A stretch of 44,924 bases of DNA from a candidate division WOR-3 bacterium (GCA_965649115.1 CBFGJN010000008.1:1-44924), one strand, 5' to 3'. Shown: positions 17,497 to 27,972, counted from the first letter of the stretch. The notes: generated from the letters alone by a model not told the origin. Numbers and translations are program-made.

Positions 17497-18766
17497 AGTA
17501 ATTCATAACTAAAATAATAAATGCCCAAAATGCGAAAAATAAAATTAAACTATATGGACTTATTGACCCAAAAATAAAGCCCACTAAACTCAAAAAAATT
17601 GCCTTTGATTTAGGATTTGAAATTGAATTTATTGTATTTACTATAATATAAATAAAAAATAAAATATAGGCAATAAAGACAAGAATTCCAAATTTGGCTA
17701 AAATTTCAAGGTAAAAATTGTGAGGATCTTTAAAGTAAAAAACATAGTACTTTGGTTTCTCTTCAAGAAGGTACCTCAATTGACCAACACCAACACCTAG
17801 TCCTTTTGAATCTAAAAAGTACTCAAACGATGACTTATATAAATTTTCTCTGATTATTGTTGAAAAATCCTTTTTTGCTTTTAAGGTATTTATAACTTTG
17901 TTTCTAAGACTTGCATAAAATCTTAAAAATCTTTCATCTTTTATAAATTCAGGATAAGATGTATTTGAAATATAATAAACTGAATATACTGAAAAAATAA
18001 TTGAAGAAATTAAAATGGGAATGTAAAATAAATTAAATTTTCTATTCATTAAGAATGGCAATGTTATTGCTTGAAAAAATAGACCAATGATATTTGCTCT
18101 TGAAACGACATAAAAAATTATAAAAATTCCAGAAAGAATTAAAGGAATTTTTATTAAGTAGTTTCTTACTAAAAAGAAAATTATTGGTAGAGACAATATA
18201 ATGTATGTGGAAAAATCATTTTGATTTCCATAAAAACTTGTAGGTATATAAACTTTTGAAGTGACAATAAATGTCTCAAATTTATTTTCTTTATAATTTA
18301 AAGGATGATATTGAGAATTTATTAGGTGCTTAGCGGTTAGAATTTCCCAAAATGCAACTATCAAAGAGATAAAAAATACAAAAATCCAAATTTTAAATAA
18401 AGTTCTTAAATCTTTTTCATTTTCAATGACAATAAGTGAAATTAAACAAAAGATAATATAAACCGTTAAGTTAAAAAGTTCATTAGGAACATATTTAAAA
18501 TCAATAGCCCATAAAAGACTTAAATATGACCAAAATAATAAAATTAAAAGAAACCATCCATACTTTAATGAATTTCTTAAAAATTCGTAAAATGAATTTC
18601 CTTCAATCAAAAATTTCAAAATTAAAAGCATTAATGTTATTGTGAAGAAAACTCTAAATGGATAAATAGCAATACCAAATTTAATATAAAAGGCTTGTCC
18701 AATAAATCCGAAAAAAAATGTTAAGAAATAGCTAATTTTTAATAAGTTTGAAATAGACAAAAACAT
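17477..18766 (-). CDS. O-antigen ligase/Wzy-like polymerase
   Basis: Multi-TM protein with GNQND, SRANI, GLGVG and PHNFYLEILAKFGI motifs. Confidence 0.8.
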   Translation of the reverse strand: MFLSISNLLKISYFLTFFFGFIGQAFYIKFGIAIYPFRVFFTITLMLLILKFLIEGNSFYEFLRNSLKYGWFLLILLFWSYLSLLWAIDFKYVPNELFNLTVYIIFCLISLIVIENEKDLRTLFKIWIFVFFISLIVAFWEILTAKHLINSQYHPLNYKENKFETFIVTSKVYIPTSFYGNQNDFSTYIILSLPIIFFLVRNYLIKIPLILSGIFIIFYVVSRANIIGLFFQAITLPFLMNRKFNLFYIPILISSIIFSVYSVYYISNTSYPEFIKDERFLRFYASLRNKVINTLKAKKDFSTIIRENLYKSSFEYFLDSKGLGVGVGQLRYLLEEKPKYYVFYFKDPHNFYLEILAKFGILVFIAYILFFIYIIVNTINSISNPKSKAIFLSLVGFIFGSISPYSLILFFAFWAFIILVMNYFKVELK

Positions 18767-19907
18767 AAATAGAAAATGTTAAAGTATAAGCAATTAAGCT
18801 TGAAATTGATGCTCCAATTATGGAAAATTCTTTAATTAAGAAAAATGCTAAAATTGATTTAATAATTAGAGAAATTAATGAAATAATAAATGGGATATAT
18901 GTTTTACCAATTTTTAGATTTATATAGACTGCTATAACTGACGATGGGTTGTAAATTGCTGTTGAAATTAGAATTATAACTGATGGTAAATAAGCAGTTT
19001 GAAATTCAACTGAAAATAACAAATTAATTAAATTTTTACCAAAAATTAAAAATAGAAAAATTGATATAATTTCTATTATTAAAAGAAGAAAAATGGATTG
19101 TTTTAATATATTTTTCCCTTCAGTCGAAAAGAACTTGCCAGCAGTGGCACTTATTATGAAAGATAATATAATAAAATTTATTTCTCCAAGACTTAATGCA
19201 ACTGAATAAATTCCAAGAATATCCTTTGAATAGAATTTTTCAATCAAAAAAAAATCAATTCTATATAATAAAAATGTTGTAGTTGTTGATAAAGCAACAA
19301 AAATTCCATGTTTTAAGAAAATTTTTAAAATTTTAAAATTAACATTAAATTTTATAAATTTATGAAACCTAAAAATCATATATAAAAAGATAATAAAAAA
19401 TGAAGTCAAATAAGAAAACATAGCAGTTTGTACATCTTTCTTAAAACTTAAAATTAAAAACATAAATAGGAATGTTAAAATTGAAGGCAAGTTCCTAACG
19501 ATATTAACTAACTTAAAATCATCAATTCCATAGCCTATTCCTTCGCCGTAATTAACGATATTAGCAAAAATAAAAGTAATTAAAATTAAATGAAAGTAAG
19601 GATAACTTATAAATTTGAAAATAATTAAAAGAAAAATCAGAAAAATAATAGTTAAAATGATAGTTAAATTAAAAACATCTTCAAGTTTGTACTTTAAGCT
19701 TCCAATCAAATATGAAAAACTTGAATAAAATGTTGAAGTAAATGATAAGATAAGTGTTAATATATTTGAAAATAAGGCAATCTCTCCCCTTCCTTCTGGT
19801 CCAAGCATTTTAGCAGTTATAACAATTGTTAAGAAACCACAAACTGAACCCAAAAACCTGACAAAAAATGATGTAAAAACTCGCTTTATAAAATCAGAAT
19901 ATTGCAC
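18732..19907 (-). CDS. Wzx-type oligosaccharide flippase
   Basis: LGPEGRG, RIDFFLI, LGIYSVA, IIGASIS; about 12 TM segments. Confidence 0.8.
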   Translation of the reverse strand: MQYSDFIKRVFTSFFVRFLGSVCGFLTIVITAKMLGPEGRGEIALFSNILTLILSFTSTFYSSFSYLIGSLKYKLEDVFNLTIILTIIFLIFLLIIFKFISYPYFHLILITFIFANIVNYGEGIGYGIDDFKLVNIVRNLPSILTFLFMFLILSFKKDVQTAMFSYLTSFFIIFLYMIFRFHKFIKFNVNFKILKIFLKHGIFVALSTTTTFLLYRIDFFLIEKFYSKDILGIYSVALSLGEINFIILSFIISATAGKFFSTEGKNILKQSIFLLLIIEIISIFLFLIFGKNLINLLFSVEFQTAYLPSVIILISTAIYNPSSVIAVYINLKIGKTYIPFIISLISLIIKSILAFFLIKEFSIIGASISSLIAYTLTFSIYVFVYFKLIKN

Positions 19908-21346
19908 TTTTTATCTGAATAAAAGTTTTGAATTTCAATATAATTGTAAATATCTAAACCCTTATTTATAATAATAACATATTCATTAGATATATCTCTT
20001 TGATAGTTTTCAAACCCTTCAATGGGATAATTAAAATGGAATTTTTTGCTTTTATTTATAATTAAGTAAGTCTTTAATTCATTTAAATTATAGAAAAAAT
20101 TAACATTTTCTAAATGTGTCCATCGTTTTAATTGTAAAATTGTTGAAATTTTTCTATCTATGAAATCATAAGTTATAGAAAAAATAGCTCCAAAAATTAA
20201 GCCAATAAATAATGAAAAAATAATAATTTGGCGCTTGTTAGGCCATATAGGTTTATAAGGTTCAGATGCATAAGCAACAACATAAGCGGGAGAAACAGTT
20301 TTAGCAATAGCAATTTCAGCACCTATAATACTTGATATTATACTATCCCTTCTACTTAGATTACTTACAACCTGACTATTAAATATAGCATAATCAATAT
20401 CTTTTGAATAATAGCGTTCAATAATTCTTCTCAAATAATTATCATTAGGGTTGCTTATAAGTTTTTTTATAATTTCAGCAAGTGCTTCTGATGATAAACC
20501 TGATCTAAATTCAAGTAAATAAGATACAAGTGTCAAACTATCAAGTCTTACTTTGCTTTGTAATTGCTTCAAAGAATCCAATTGTTTATTTATCTCATCC
20601 AATAGTTTTTCTAATTGAACTTTTGATAACTTCGCTACTCTTCTTTCTTGTTCTAATGACCAATCTATATATCTATTAGCAATATCATTAGCTATTTTAA
20701 CAGCCAATAGTTTATCCTCATCTTCAACACTTATTTTTATTAAGTCAGTTATCCCTTCTTGATTAATTGAAACTTTATTTTTCATCCAATTTTCAATTGT
20801 TTTTGGATAGTTTTCATAAATAATTTTTCCCGTAATTTGTTTATTTATTGATTTTAATTTTTTAAGTTCAAAACTGAATAATGGACAATTTATTTGCTGA
20901 TTAAAAGTACCGCTGCAAATCAAAATTTTCTTATCAAAAACAGAAATACTATCATCTTTGATTTTTAAATCAAATACTAAATTTTTCTTTATGGTATCAA
21001 TAATTGTTTTTTTCATATCAACTTTTATTGAATTCGGAACGTTAAATTTCAAATTTACACCATTATCTTTTAAAACTTCTCCACTTATAATTTTAATAAT
21101 TTCAACTTGAGAACCAACCTTATCAAAAGGAACACTTGGTAAAAGTCCTTTATATAGAACTTCTTGTCCAATTTTTGGAATAACTTCATATACATCAACT
21201 TTTACAATCGCTGTTGGTTTGTAAATAGGTTTTGAAGTTATAATAATAATAATTCCTATCAATATAAAAATGATCATTGAAATAATAATTATTTTCCACC
21301 TTTCCTTCAAAGTATAAAAAATATCCAAAATTGAAATATGTTTCAT
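19886..21346 (-). CDS. Polysaccharide co-polymerase (Wzz/Wzc-like, no recognisable kinase domain)
   Basis: N-terminal TM followed by PIYKPTA, periplasmic coiled coil, ASEPYKPIWP before the second TM, DRKI. No Walker A motif. Confidence 0.75.
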   Translation of the reverse strand: MKHISILDIFYTLKERWKIIIISMIIFILIGIIIIITSKPIYKPTAIVKVDVYEVIPKIGQEVLYKGLLPSVPFDKVGSQVEIIKIISGEVLKDNGVNLKFNVPNSIKVDMKKTIIDTIKKNLVFDLKIKDDSISVFDKKILICSGTFNQQINCPLFSFELKKLKSINKQITGKIIYENYPKTIENWMKNKVSINQEGITDLIKISVEDEDKLLAVKIANDIANRYIDWSLEQERRVAKLSKVQLEKLLDEINKQLDSLKQLQSKVRLDSLTLVSYLLEFRSGLSSEALAEIIKKLISNPNDNYLRRIIERYYSKDIDYAIFNSQVVSNLSRRDSIISSIIGAEIAIAKTVSPAYVVAYASEPYKPIWPNKRQIIIFSLFIGLIFGAIFSITYDFIDRKISTILQLKRWTHLENVNFFYNLNELKTYLIINKSKKFHFNYPIEGFENYQRDISNEYVIIINKGLDIYNYIEIQNFYSDKKCNILIL

Positions 21347-21350
21347 AAAG

Positions 21351-21366
21351 CCTTAAAATTTTAAGG
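21351..21366. promoter_or_regulatory. Palindromic bidirectional -10 element
   Basis: CCTTAAAATTTTAAGG contains TAAAAT on both strands, each 11 nt from a divergent start codon. Confidence 0.65.
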
Positions 21367-21370
21367 TTCT

Positions 21371-22435
21371 TTGAAGATAGCTATTATTTTACCAACACTT
21401 CAAGGTGGTGGAGCAGAAAAATCTCTTATTAATCTTGGAGAATTCATTGTAAAAAATTATCCTGAATTTCATATTGATTTTATTCTCTATAAAGATGTTA
21501 GAGATTATGATACAATTTTAAATGTTATTCCTATTTTGGATAGAAACGAAAAAGTGAGCAAAAATTTATTAAAGTTCTTCAATAGATTATATAAAATTTT
21601 AAAAAATTATGATATTATAGTCGGTGGTCTTGAATTAGAACCAAGTTATCTTTCAATTATTTTTTCAAAAATTTTAGGTAAAAAAAGTATTAGCTTACAT
21701 CATAGTCTTGAAAACAGGCTTATCGGAAATAAATTCCTTTATCATTTCTTAAATTTTATTTTGCTTAGATTTGCAAATTTAAATATTTGTGTTTCAAATG
21801 AAGTTCGTGAAACAATAATTAAATTATATAAAATTACCTCTAAAAAATGTATTTGTATTTACAACCCACTTGATATTGAGAAAATTAGAAATTTATCAAA
21901 TGAGCCAATTGAAGAAAATTATAAATTTATATTTAATAAAAAGACATTATGTTTTATAGCAAGACTTGAAGAATATAAGGGATTAAAAAAGGTTATTTCT
22001 GCTCTAAAAAACTTAGAAAATTATCATTTATTAGTTATGGGTAAAGGAAATTTTGAAATTTATTATGAATACGCAAAAAAATTAAATGTTGAGAATAGAG
22101 TGTTTTATATCGGATTTAAAAAGAATCCATATAAATATATTAAAAATTCGTTTGCGCTTGTTTTACCATCTGAATTTGAAGGATTTGGAATGGTTTTTTA
22201 TGAGGCTATGGCTCTTGGAATTCCTATTGTTGGAAGTGGTATTAAAGAAACTTTTGGTAATAATAATGAATATGGAATATATGCTAATAGTGTTGATGAG
22301 ATTGTAAATGCAATAAGAATGCTTGAAAATGATGAAATATATAATTACTATAAACAATCTGGACTTAAAAGAGTAGAGAATTTTAGAATTGATAAAATTG
22401 CAAAAGAATATATTGATGTCTTTAAAGCCTGTTAA
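21371..22435 (+). CDS. GT4 glycosyltransferase
   Basis: GGGAEK, IYNPLD, ARLEEYKG, PSEFEGFGMVFYEAM (EX7E). TTG start. Confidence 0.88.
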   Translation: MKIAIILPTLQGGGAEKSLINLGEFIVKNYPEFHIDFILYKDVRDYDTILNVIPILDRNEKVSKNLLKFFNRLYKILKNYDIIVGGLELEPSYLSIIFSKILGKKSISLHHSLENRLIGNKFLYHFLNFILLRFANLNICVSNEVRETIIKLYKITSKKCICIYNPLDIEKIRNLSNEPIEENYKFIFNKKTLCFIARLEEYKGLKKVISALKNLENYHLLVMGKGNFEIYYEYAKKLNVENRVFYIGFKKNPYKYIKNSFALVLPSEFEGFGMVFYEAMALGIPIVGSGIKETFGNNNEYGIYANSVDEIVNAIRMLENDEIYNYYKQSGLKRVENFRIDKIAKEYIDVFKAC

Positions 22436-22903
22436 ATCTGCTGTTATTGTTCCTATTATTGAAGATAAAGAAATTCTTTTAATAAGAAGAAGCAAAAATT
22501 TAAAAAATCATCCAGGAGAAATTGCTTTTCCTGGTGGTGTTATTGAAAATGATGAAGATCCAGTAGAAACCGCTATCAGAGAAATTTATGAAGAAATTTC
22601 AATAAAAAGGAACATCTAACAATTATTGGTATTCTTGAAGGTGTTTTTATTTCTAAAACAAATTTTCAGATTATTCCAGTTGTATCAAAATTAGAAAGAA
22701 AAGCTCTTGAAGAAATAAAAATAAATAAGGATGAAGTGGAAGATATTATTATTTATTCTATTGATGAACTTTTAAAATTAAGAAGGGTAATTATTCCTGG
22801 TTTTTGGTACATATTTGCTTCTCCAAAGGGCGTAATATGGGGAGCAACGGCTAGAATTATAAATGATTTTTTAAAATCCCCTTACAATAAAAACTCCAAG
22901 TAA
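22416..22903 (+). pseudogene. CoA-pyrophosphatase-type Nudix hydrolase, frameshifted
   Basis: HPGEIAFPGG...TAIREIYEEI Nudix box. One A is missing in the run at about 22604-22608. The -1 frame continues KEHLTIIG...EVEDI...VIWGATARII to TAA at 22903. Confidence 0.8.
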
Positions 22904-23293
22904 GACCATAATTATTGCTAATATAAAATTTATTCTTCCAATTATTCTACTATATCTGATTAGTCTTTTATCCCCTTGCCTTACCGCTTTTGGTCCAATG
23001 TAAAAGTCATGGATTGCTGAAATTATTACTATTATTGAAAAAAGGAAAATTTTTAGCCATGTTAAAATATAAAATCCACGATAAATTGAATTAAAAATGC
23101 CAGTTAATAGTAAAAGTGGTAATATAATCCAGCCCACAAATTTAAATTGATTCCCAACTTTATTAATCATATCAAGAAAATAATGCTCTTTTCTTAATGG
23201 GATAAAAAAAATTATGAGAGAAAACATTCCTCCAAGCCATATACAAGCACAAATAATATGAATAAAAACAGAAATTAAATATAAAGTTTTCAT
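22871..23293 (-). CDS. CopD/DUF4149-like 4-TM membrane protein
   Basis: HIICACIWLGG, LLLTGI, LKI, SAIHDFYIGP. Confidence 0.65.
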   Translation of the reverse strand: MKTLYLISVFIHIICACIWLGGMFSLIIFFIPLRKEHYFLDMINKVGNQFKFVGWIILPLLLLTGIFNSIYRGFYILTWLKIFLFSIIVIISAIHDFYIGPKAVRQGDKRLIRYSRIIGRINFILAIIMVLLGVFIVRGF

Positions 23294-23733
23294 TTAATTT
23301 CACCTGGTTTTCTTATTCTTGGGAAAATTAAGAATAAAAAGTAAAAAATGCTTACTATTTGAAATAAAATACCAATAAGGGCTATATAAAATGCTAATTT
23401 GTTAGTCCTTGAAAATGGCTCAAATAGTGTTCGTAATATAATACCTATATTTAAAAGAATGTATAATGTAAGACCTTCTTTTTCAGTTGTAAATCGTTTT
23501 TCAATTGATATTTCTCTTGTTGGTTTTTGTGGAAACATCCATAATGCTACCCCCATAATCATTTGAATTACAAATCCAATAAGAATTAAATGTGTATGAA
23601 TACTAATTAAATTATAACCCCAATAAAAACTTTTGAATTGGTACGATAAGAATATAAAAAGACCTAAAATAACACCAATAATAAGATAAATGAGAGATGT
23701 TTTTAACATTAACCTTTGATAAGTGAATTTCAT
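23290..23733 (-). CDS. 4-TM protein resembling a fragment of the heme-copper oxidase subunit I / NnrS-like fold
   Basis: HTHLILIGFVIQMIMGVALWMFP motif; ATGA overlap with the next gene. Confidence 0.55.
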   Translation of the reverse strand: MKFTYQRLMLKTSLIYLIIGVILGLFIFLSYQFKSFYWGYNLISIHTHLILIGFVIQMIMGVALWMFPQKPTREISIEKRFTTEKEGLTLYILLNIGIILRTLFEPFSRTNKLAFYIALIGILFQIVSIFYFLFLIFPRIRKPGEIK

Positions 23734-23770
23734 AAGGTTGAAAGTTTAAAGTTAAAACTTACTAACCTTT

Positions 23771-23880
23771 TGTTGTGTCTAAAAATTCTGAAAATATATA
23801 TTATAAAAACCCCATATTTTGACTTGGGGGCAAAGCCCCCGATAATCCCCCCTGAAAAATCAAAAGTTTCATTAAAATTT
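23771..23880 (+). repeat. Degenerate copy of the MITE-like repeat
   Basis: TGTTGTGTCTAAAAATTCTG end and GGGGGC-AAA-GCCCCC followed by ATAATCCCCC. Confidence 0.6.
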
Positions 23881-23903
23881 GTCCAAACTATAAAATTTTA
23901 TTA

Positions 23904-25154
23904 TTGATATTCCTACTTTATATTGTTGGAATTTTATTATTTGTATTAAGTTTTTATTTTGGCTATATTATAATTATTCCTTTTCTTTTAATGCTTATAT
24001 TTTTAAGTTTATTTCTTGTGGATTCAAAAGAATTTTATTTTTGGTTTATTACTTTGCTTATTGCTATAAGACCTATAACCATAGATTTATTCTTTTGGGA
24101 TGATTTTATTTTTGGATTTAAAATAACGCATATATATAGTTTTTTTCTCATTACACTTTGTTTTTTAATTGTTTTTAAACTGAAAGTTGAATTAAAAGCT
24201 TTTCATCTTTGGATAGTTCCTGTTATCTTCTTTCTTTATCATTTTGCTTATTTTTTAAATTCTCTATTAAATGGTAATATTTATAGTTCCTTGGAGTACT
24301 TTTTAAGAAGTGCAGGAGGAATTCCATTTTTCTTCGCTATTGGGCACATTTTAGATAGTGAAGAAAAATTTATCAAATTTTTGAAAATTATTTTAGCTCC
24401 TCTTTTAATTTTGATTTTGTTTTCTATTATTTTCTCATTTTATAAAATTGACGATTTTTATATGATAACTGGTAATCAAAAACAATTTTGGCGATTGAAG
24501 CTACTATATCATGATGCTACGCAGTTAGTTATATATCTTACAATAGCTTTTATTATTTTGTGTTATCTTTATATTAAAGAAAGGAAATTTTATTATTTAT
24601 TACTTATTTATCTTACACTAATTCCAATATATGCTACACAAACACGTTCTGCTTGGGTTTCATCTTTATTAGTTTTTTTAACGTTCTTAATATGGATAAG
24701 AAAAATATATTATTTTGCTCCTTTTGTTCTTTTCTTTATTTTAAATTTAAATGGAATTTTGGAGAGGTGGAATTATGCAGGGATAGAATTTGATGAAGAT
24801 GTAGGGTTTAGTGGTAGAGTTGCTCTTTGGAAAATTGGTTTGGCTTATTTTTTAACTTATGATCCGATTTATAAGTTTTTTGGACAGGTAGGTAGCTTTG
24901 TAGCAAAAGGTGATTTTCATAATCAGTATATATCTTGGTTAGTATATAATGGCATTTTTGGTTTAATTTTCAATACATTAGTTCTAATTTTTTTGTTTAT
25001 TAATGCTTTTAAATTAACAAGAAACCCTATAATTCTGATGAATTTTATTTGGATATTTGTTTCTGGTTTTCTTGGAAATTTTCTTTCTATGCCGAATGTT
25101 GTTATATTCCTTTGGTCGATTCTAGGTTATTGTTTAAGAAATTATTCAAAATAA
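23904..25154 (+). CDS. O-antigen ligase family membrane protein
   Basis: TQTRSAW, SGRVALW, FHNQYI...GIFG; multi-TM; TTG start. Confidence 0.78.
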   Translation: MIFLLYIVGILLFVLSFYFGYIIIIPFLLMLIFLSLFLVDSKEFYFWFITLLIAIRPITIDLFFWDDFIFGFKITHIYSFFLITLCFLIVFKLKVELKAFHLWIVPVIFFLYHFAYFLNSLLNGNIYSSLEYFLRSAGGIPFFFAIGHILDSEEKFIKFLKIILAPLLILILFSIIFSFYKIDDFYMITGNQKQFWRLKLLYHDATQLVIYLTIAFIILCYLYIKERKFYYLLLIYLTLIPIYATQTRSAWVSSLLVFLTFLIWIRKIYYFAPFVLFFILNLNGILERWNYAGIEFDEDVGFSGRVALWKIGLAYFLTYDPIYKFFGQVGSFVAKGDFHNQYISWLVYNGIFGLIFNTLVLIFLFINAFKLTRNPIILMNFIWIFVSGFLGNFLSMPNVVIFLWSILGYCLRNYSK

Positions 25155-25156
25155 TT

Positions 25157-25673
25157 CTAAGAGCACATATTTGGGTCTCTTAAAATTAAATGTTTATTGG
25201 TTTTTGGATAATTATAACCTCTAACTGCTATAAAACTATAATCATAAAGCTCTTTTGAGATTTGAAAACTATTTTATAGCGGTTTTATCACCCTTTGGAT
25301 AAGCAAAATAACGAATTTTATTATTAGTTATTTTTTCAAGAGTTTCCTTAGTGAATGTTTTTAATTGAAAAGAATTCCATTTCTTCTTTGCTTTTTAGTT
25401 CTATAATTTTTGTAGGAATAAAAAATATAGCTTTTATATTATATTTTTCAAGAATTTCAAGAGCATTCTCATATTGACTTTTTAAACCATCATCAAAAGT
25501 TAATAAAACACACATATCATTCTTGAAATAACTCTCAAAAAATAAATCCAATATTCTTTCGGAATAAAGTGATAAATTATAACTCTCAAAGTATTTAATG
25601 TTTTCTTTTTAAAAATTATGAAGTTTGATATAAAAAAGAAAACCTTTTCTGCTAGTAATGGTTTAATTTTCAT
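25157..25673 (-). pseudogene. Polysaccharide deacetylase (CE4) remnant
   Basis: VIIYH, LTFDDG...ILEKYNIKAIFFI and YFAYPKG lie in different frames, with stops and deletions. Confidence 0.75.
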
Positions 25674-26448
25674 AACCCAATAACCTCCTTTTTTATAATT
25701 ATAATTTTTATCAATTTTCTCACCAATATATGCTTTTATTAAATACAACGGAAAATTTAAACCACATTCTATTGCTAAACTTAAAGAACCCCAAAACCTT
25801 GGATTGAATTCAATGAAATAATCAACTTTCATTTCTACCATGCCTACACCAAAATAATCCAAGCTTTTTAAAATGCTTTCTATTTCTTTTAATATCTCAA
25901 AGTTTAAAGGTACTGACATAGCACAAGATGAATAAGAACCTTTTGGAAATGTGAAAATGCCAAAATAATTTCTTTATTAAAAAGAAATTCTATCCCCCAT
26001 CCTTTCCCTTCTACTTTCTCTTGAATAATAGGATAAGGAACTTCACTTAGAGCAATTTTTAATTCTTCATCATTATTAACAATTACAACTTTCCCTTTTA
26101 TTATTTTATTATCTTCCAAAAAATAAGAACTTTTACTTTTCACAATAGCTGGAAATTTAACATTATTTTCATTATAAAATTTTGGATACTTTTTAAAGAA
26201 CTTTGAAATATATGATTTATCCATAAATTTTAAAAGTTTTTCGTAATCCATAACAATTGCTTTATTTTGAAAAAGAGATTTATGTTTTGAAATAATAAGC
26301 GAAAAAACATCATTTGTTGGAATTATTATTTCATAACTTTTGTATTTAAATTTTGAAAAAAAGGCTTTGTTAAAATATCCTTTAATACCAACTACTGAAA
26401 CTTTGTAAATTCTTCCTAATTGTGAGCAGGAATTACTAAAATTTTCAA
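25670..26448 (-). pseudogene. ATP-grasp (carboxylate-amine ligase-like) remnant
   Basis: TTG immediately after the M20 gene stop (MKILVI). IIPTND, MDKS, FPAIVK, IIQEKVEG and MVEMK..FIEFNPRFWGSL..G.NFP are split across frames. Confidence 0.75.
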
Positions 26449-27537
26449 TTATTCAAAATAATTCTTTAAGAATTCCTTAAAAATCAATTTTAGATTTTCA
26501 AGAGAATTTAAATCAGCCCATTCATCATTTGTATGAAGACCATATCCAATAGCATTTGTTATAATAACAGGAATTCCTTTTTGAGCAAAAAATCTACCAT
26601 CAGTAGCACCATGCTCACATATAAAATTAACAGTTCTATTTAGAATTTTTTCAGCAGTTTTCTTATATAATTTTAGAAACTCATTTTCTTCATCAACATA
26701 AATTGCTTCTCCAACACTTAAAATTTCCATTTCAAGATTTGGAAATTTTTTTATTGAAGATAAAACTTGTTCTTTGATCTTCTCAACTGTCCAAGGTTCT
26801 GTAAATCTTATATCAATTTCTGCACAACAATAGTCTGGAACAATATTTACTTTTACTCCACCTTCAATTTTTCCTAAATTTATAGTATTGTGCCAGTGAT
26901 TTGGGTCGCCACATGGTTCAGTTGGAAAAATTAAACTTATATCATTATAAAAATCAATAACGTTCTCAATAGCATTTATTCCTTCCCATACTCTTGAGCC
27001 ATGTGCTGATTTTCCTTTTGATATTACCCTAAAATGTAAAACTCCTTTTTCTCTATTTATTATATTAAAATTGAAACCACCATCTGGAATTATAGCAAAA
27101 TCACAAGAATAATTTTCTTCATTTAATAAGTATTCAACACCATTTTGGCTACCTATTTCTTCATCTGTTGTTAGCATTAATCCAATATCATAATTTTTAT
27201 TTTCTTTTGAGAGTTCTTTGAATAATTCTATTAGAACAGCACTTGGTCCTTTCATATCAATAGCACCTCTTCCTTTTATTATATTTCCTTCAATTTTTGG
27301 TTCAAATAGCTCTTCATCAGCATCTACAACATCTAGATGTCCAACGAAGAAAATTTTAGGATGTTTTGTTTCTTTAAATGTTGCAACTAATGAAAACTTA
27401 TTATTTTTTTCATATTTTTTAATTATTAAATTTGTTTCTTTTAAATAATTTTCAACGAAATCAATTATTGATTTTAATTCATTTGTATTTTGGGCTGTTG
27501 TTTTAAATTTTATAAGTTCAATTAAGAGCTCTTTCAT
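26449..27537 (-). CDS. M20 family metallopeptidase/deacylase (ArgE/DapE-like)
   Basis: GHLDVV, GRGAIDMKG, DEEIG, GKSAHGS, GATDGRF, GLHTNDE. Confidence 0.9.
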   Translation of the reverse strand: MKELLIELIKFKTTAQNTNELKSIIDFVENYLKETNLIIKKYEKNNKFSLVATFKETKHPKIFFVGHLDVVDADEELFEPKIEGNIIKGRGAIDMKGPSAVLIELFKELSKENKNYDIGLMLTTDEEIGSQNGVEYLLNEENYSCDFAIIPDGGFNFNIINREKGVLHFRVISKGKSAHGSRVWEGINAIENVIDFYNDISLIFPTEPCGDPNHWHNTINLGKIEGGVKVNIVPDYCCAEIDIRFTEPWTVEKIKEQVLSSIKKFPNLEMEILSVGEAIYVDEENEFLKLYKKTAEKILNRTVNFICEHGATDGRFFAQKGIPVIITNAIGYGLHTNDEWADLNSLENLKLIFKEFLKNYFE

Positions 27538-27573
27538 AACTTGAAAATTTTAAAGTATAAGTTTATTTTTTGT

Positions 27574-27756
27574 TGTTTTGTCTAGTAATTCTAGAAAAAT
27601 GATTATTTCTATATTTTCCCCACCCACCCTATGAATAAGGCTTCGCCTTATAAATACCCATTTTTCGGCTATGGGGGGCTTAAATTCAATAATTTCTTTA
27701 AAAATTTTATAAGTTATTGACTATCAATCACTTAACACTATTTGCTAGACAAAGCT
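27574..27756 (+). mobile_element. MITE-like repeat, tandem copy A
   Basis: TGTTTTGTCTAGTAATT ... TTTGCTAGACAAAGCT ends, CCCACCCACCCT, AAGGC-TTC-GCCTT. The 3' arm of the GC hairpin is deleted. Confidence 0.75.
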
Positions 27757-27765
27757 ATAAAAGGG

Positions 27766-27963
27766 TGTTTTGTCTAAGAATTCTGAAATGTAGATTATTT
27801 CTATTCTTTGCCCACCCACCCTATATTTAAGCCTTCGGCTTATAAATACCCGATTTTTGCCTTTGGGGGCGAAGCCCCCCTTTAATCCCCCATTAAAACA
27901 ATATTTCCGATGAAACTCCAATAAAGATTATCAAGGATTTAACACTATTTACTAGACAAAGCA
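27766..27963 (+). mobile_element. MITE-like repeat, tandem copy B
   Basis: TGTTTTGTCTAAGAATT ... TTTACTAGACAAAGCA; core nearly identical to 45-130. Confidence 0.8.
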
Positions 27964-27972
27964 TTTTTCGGT

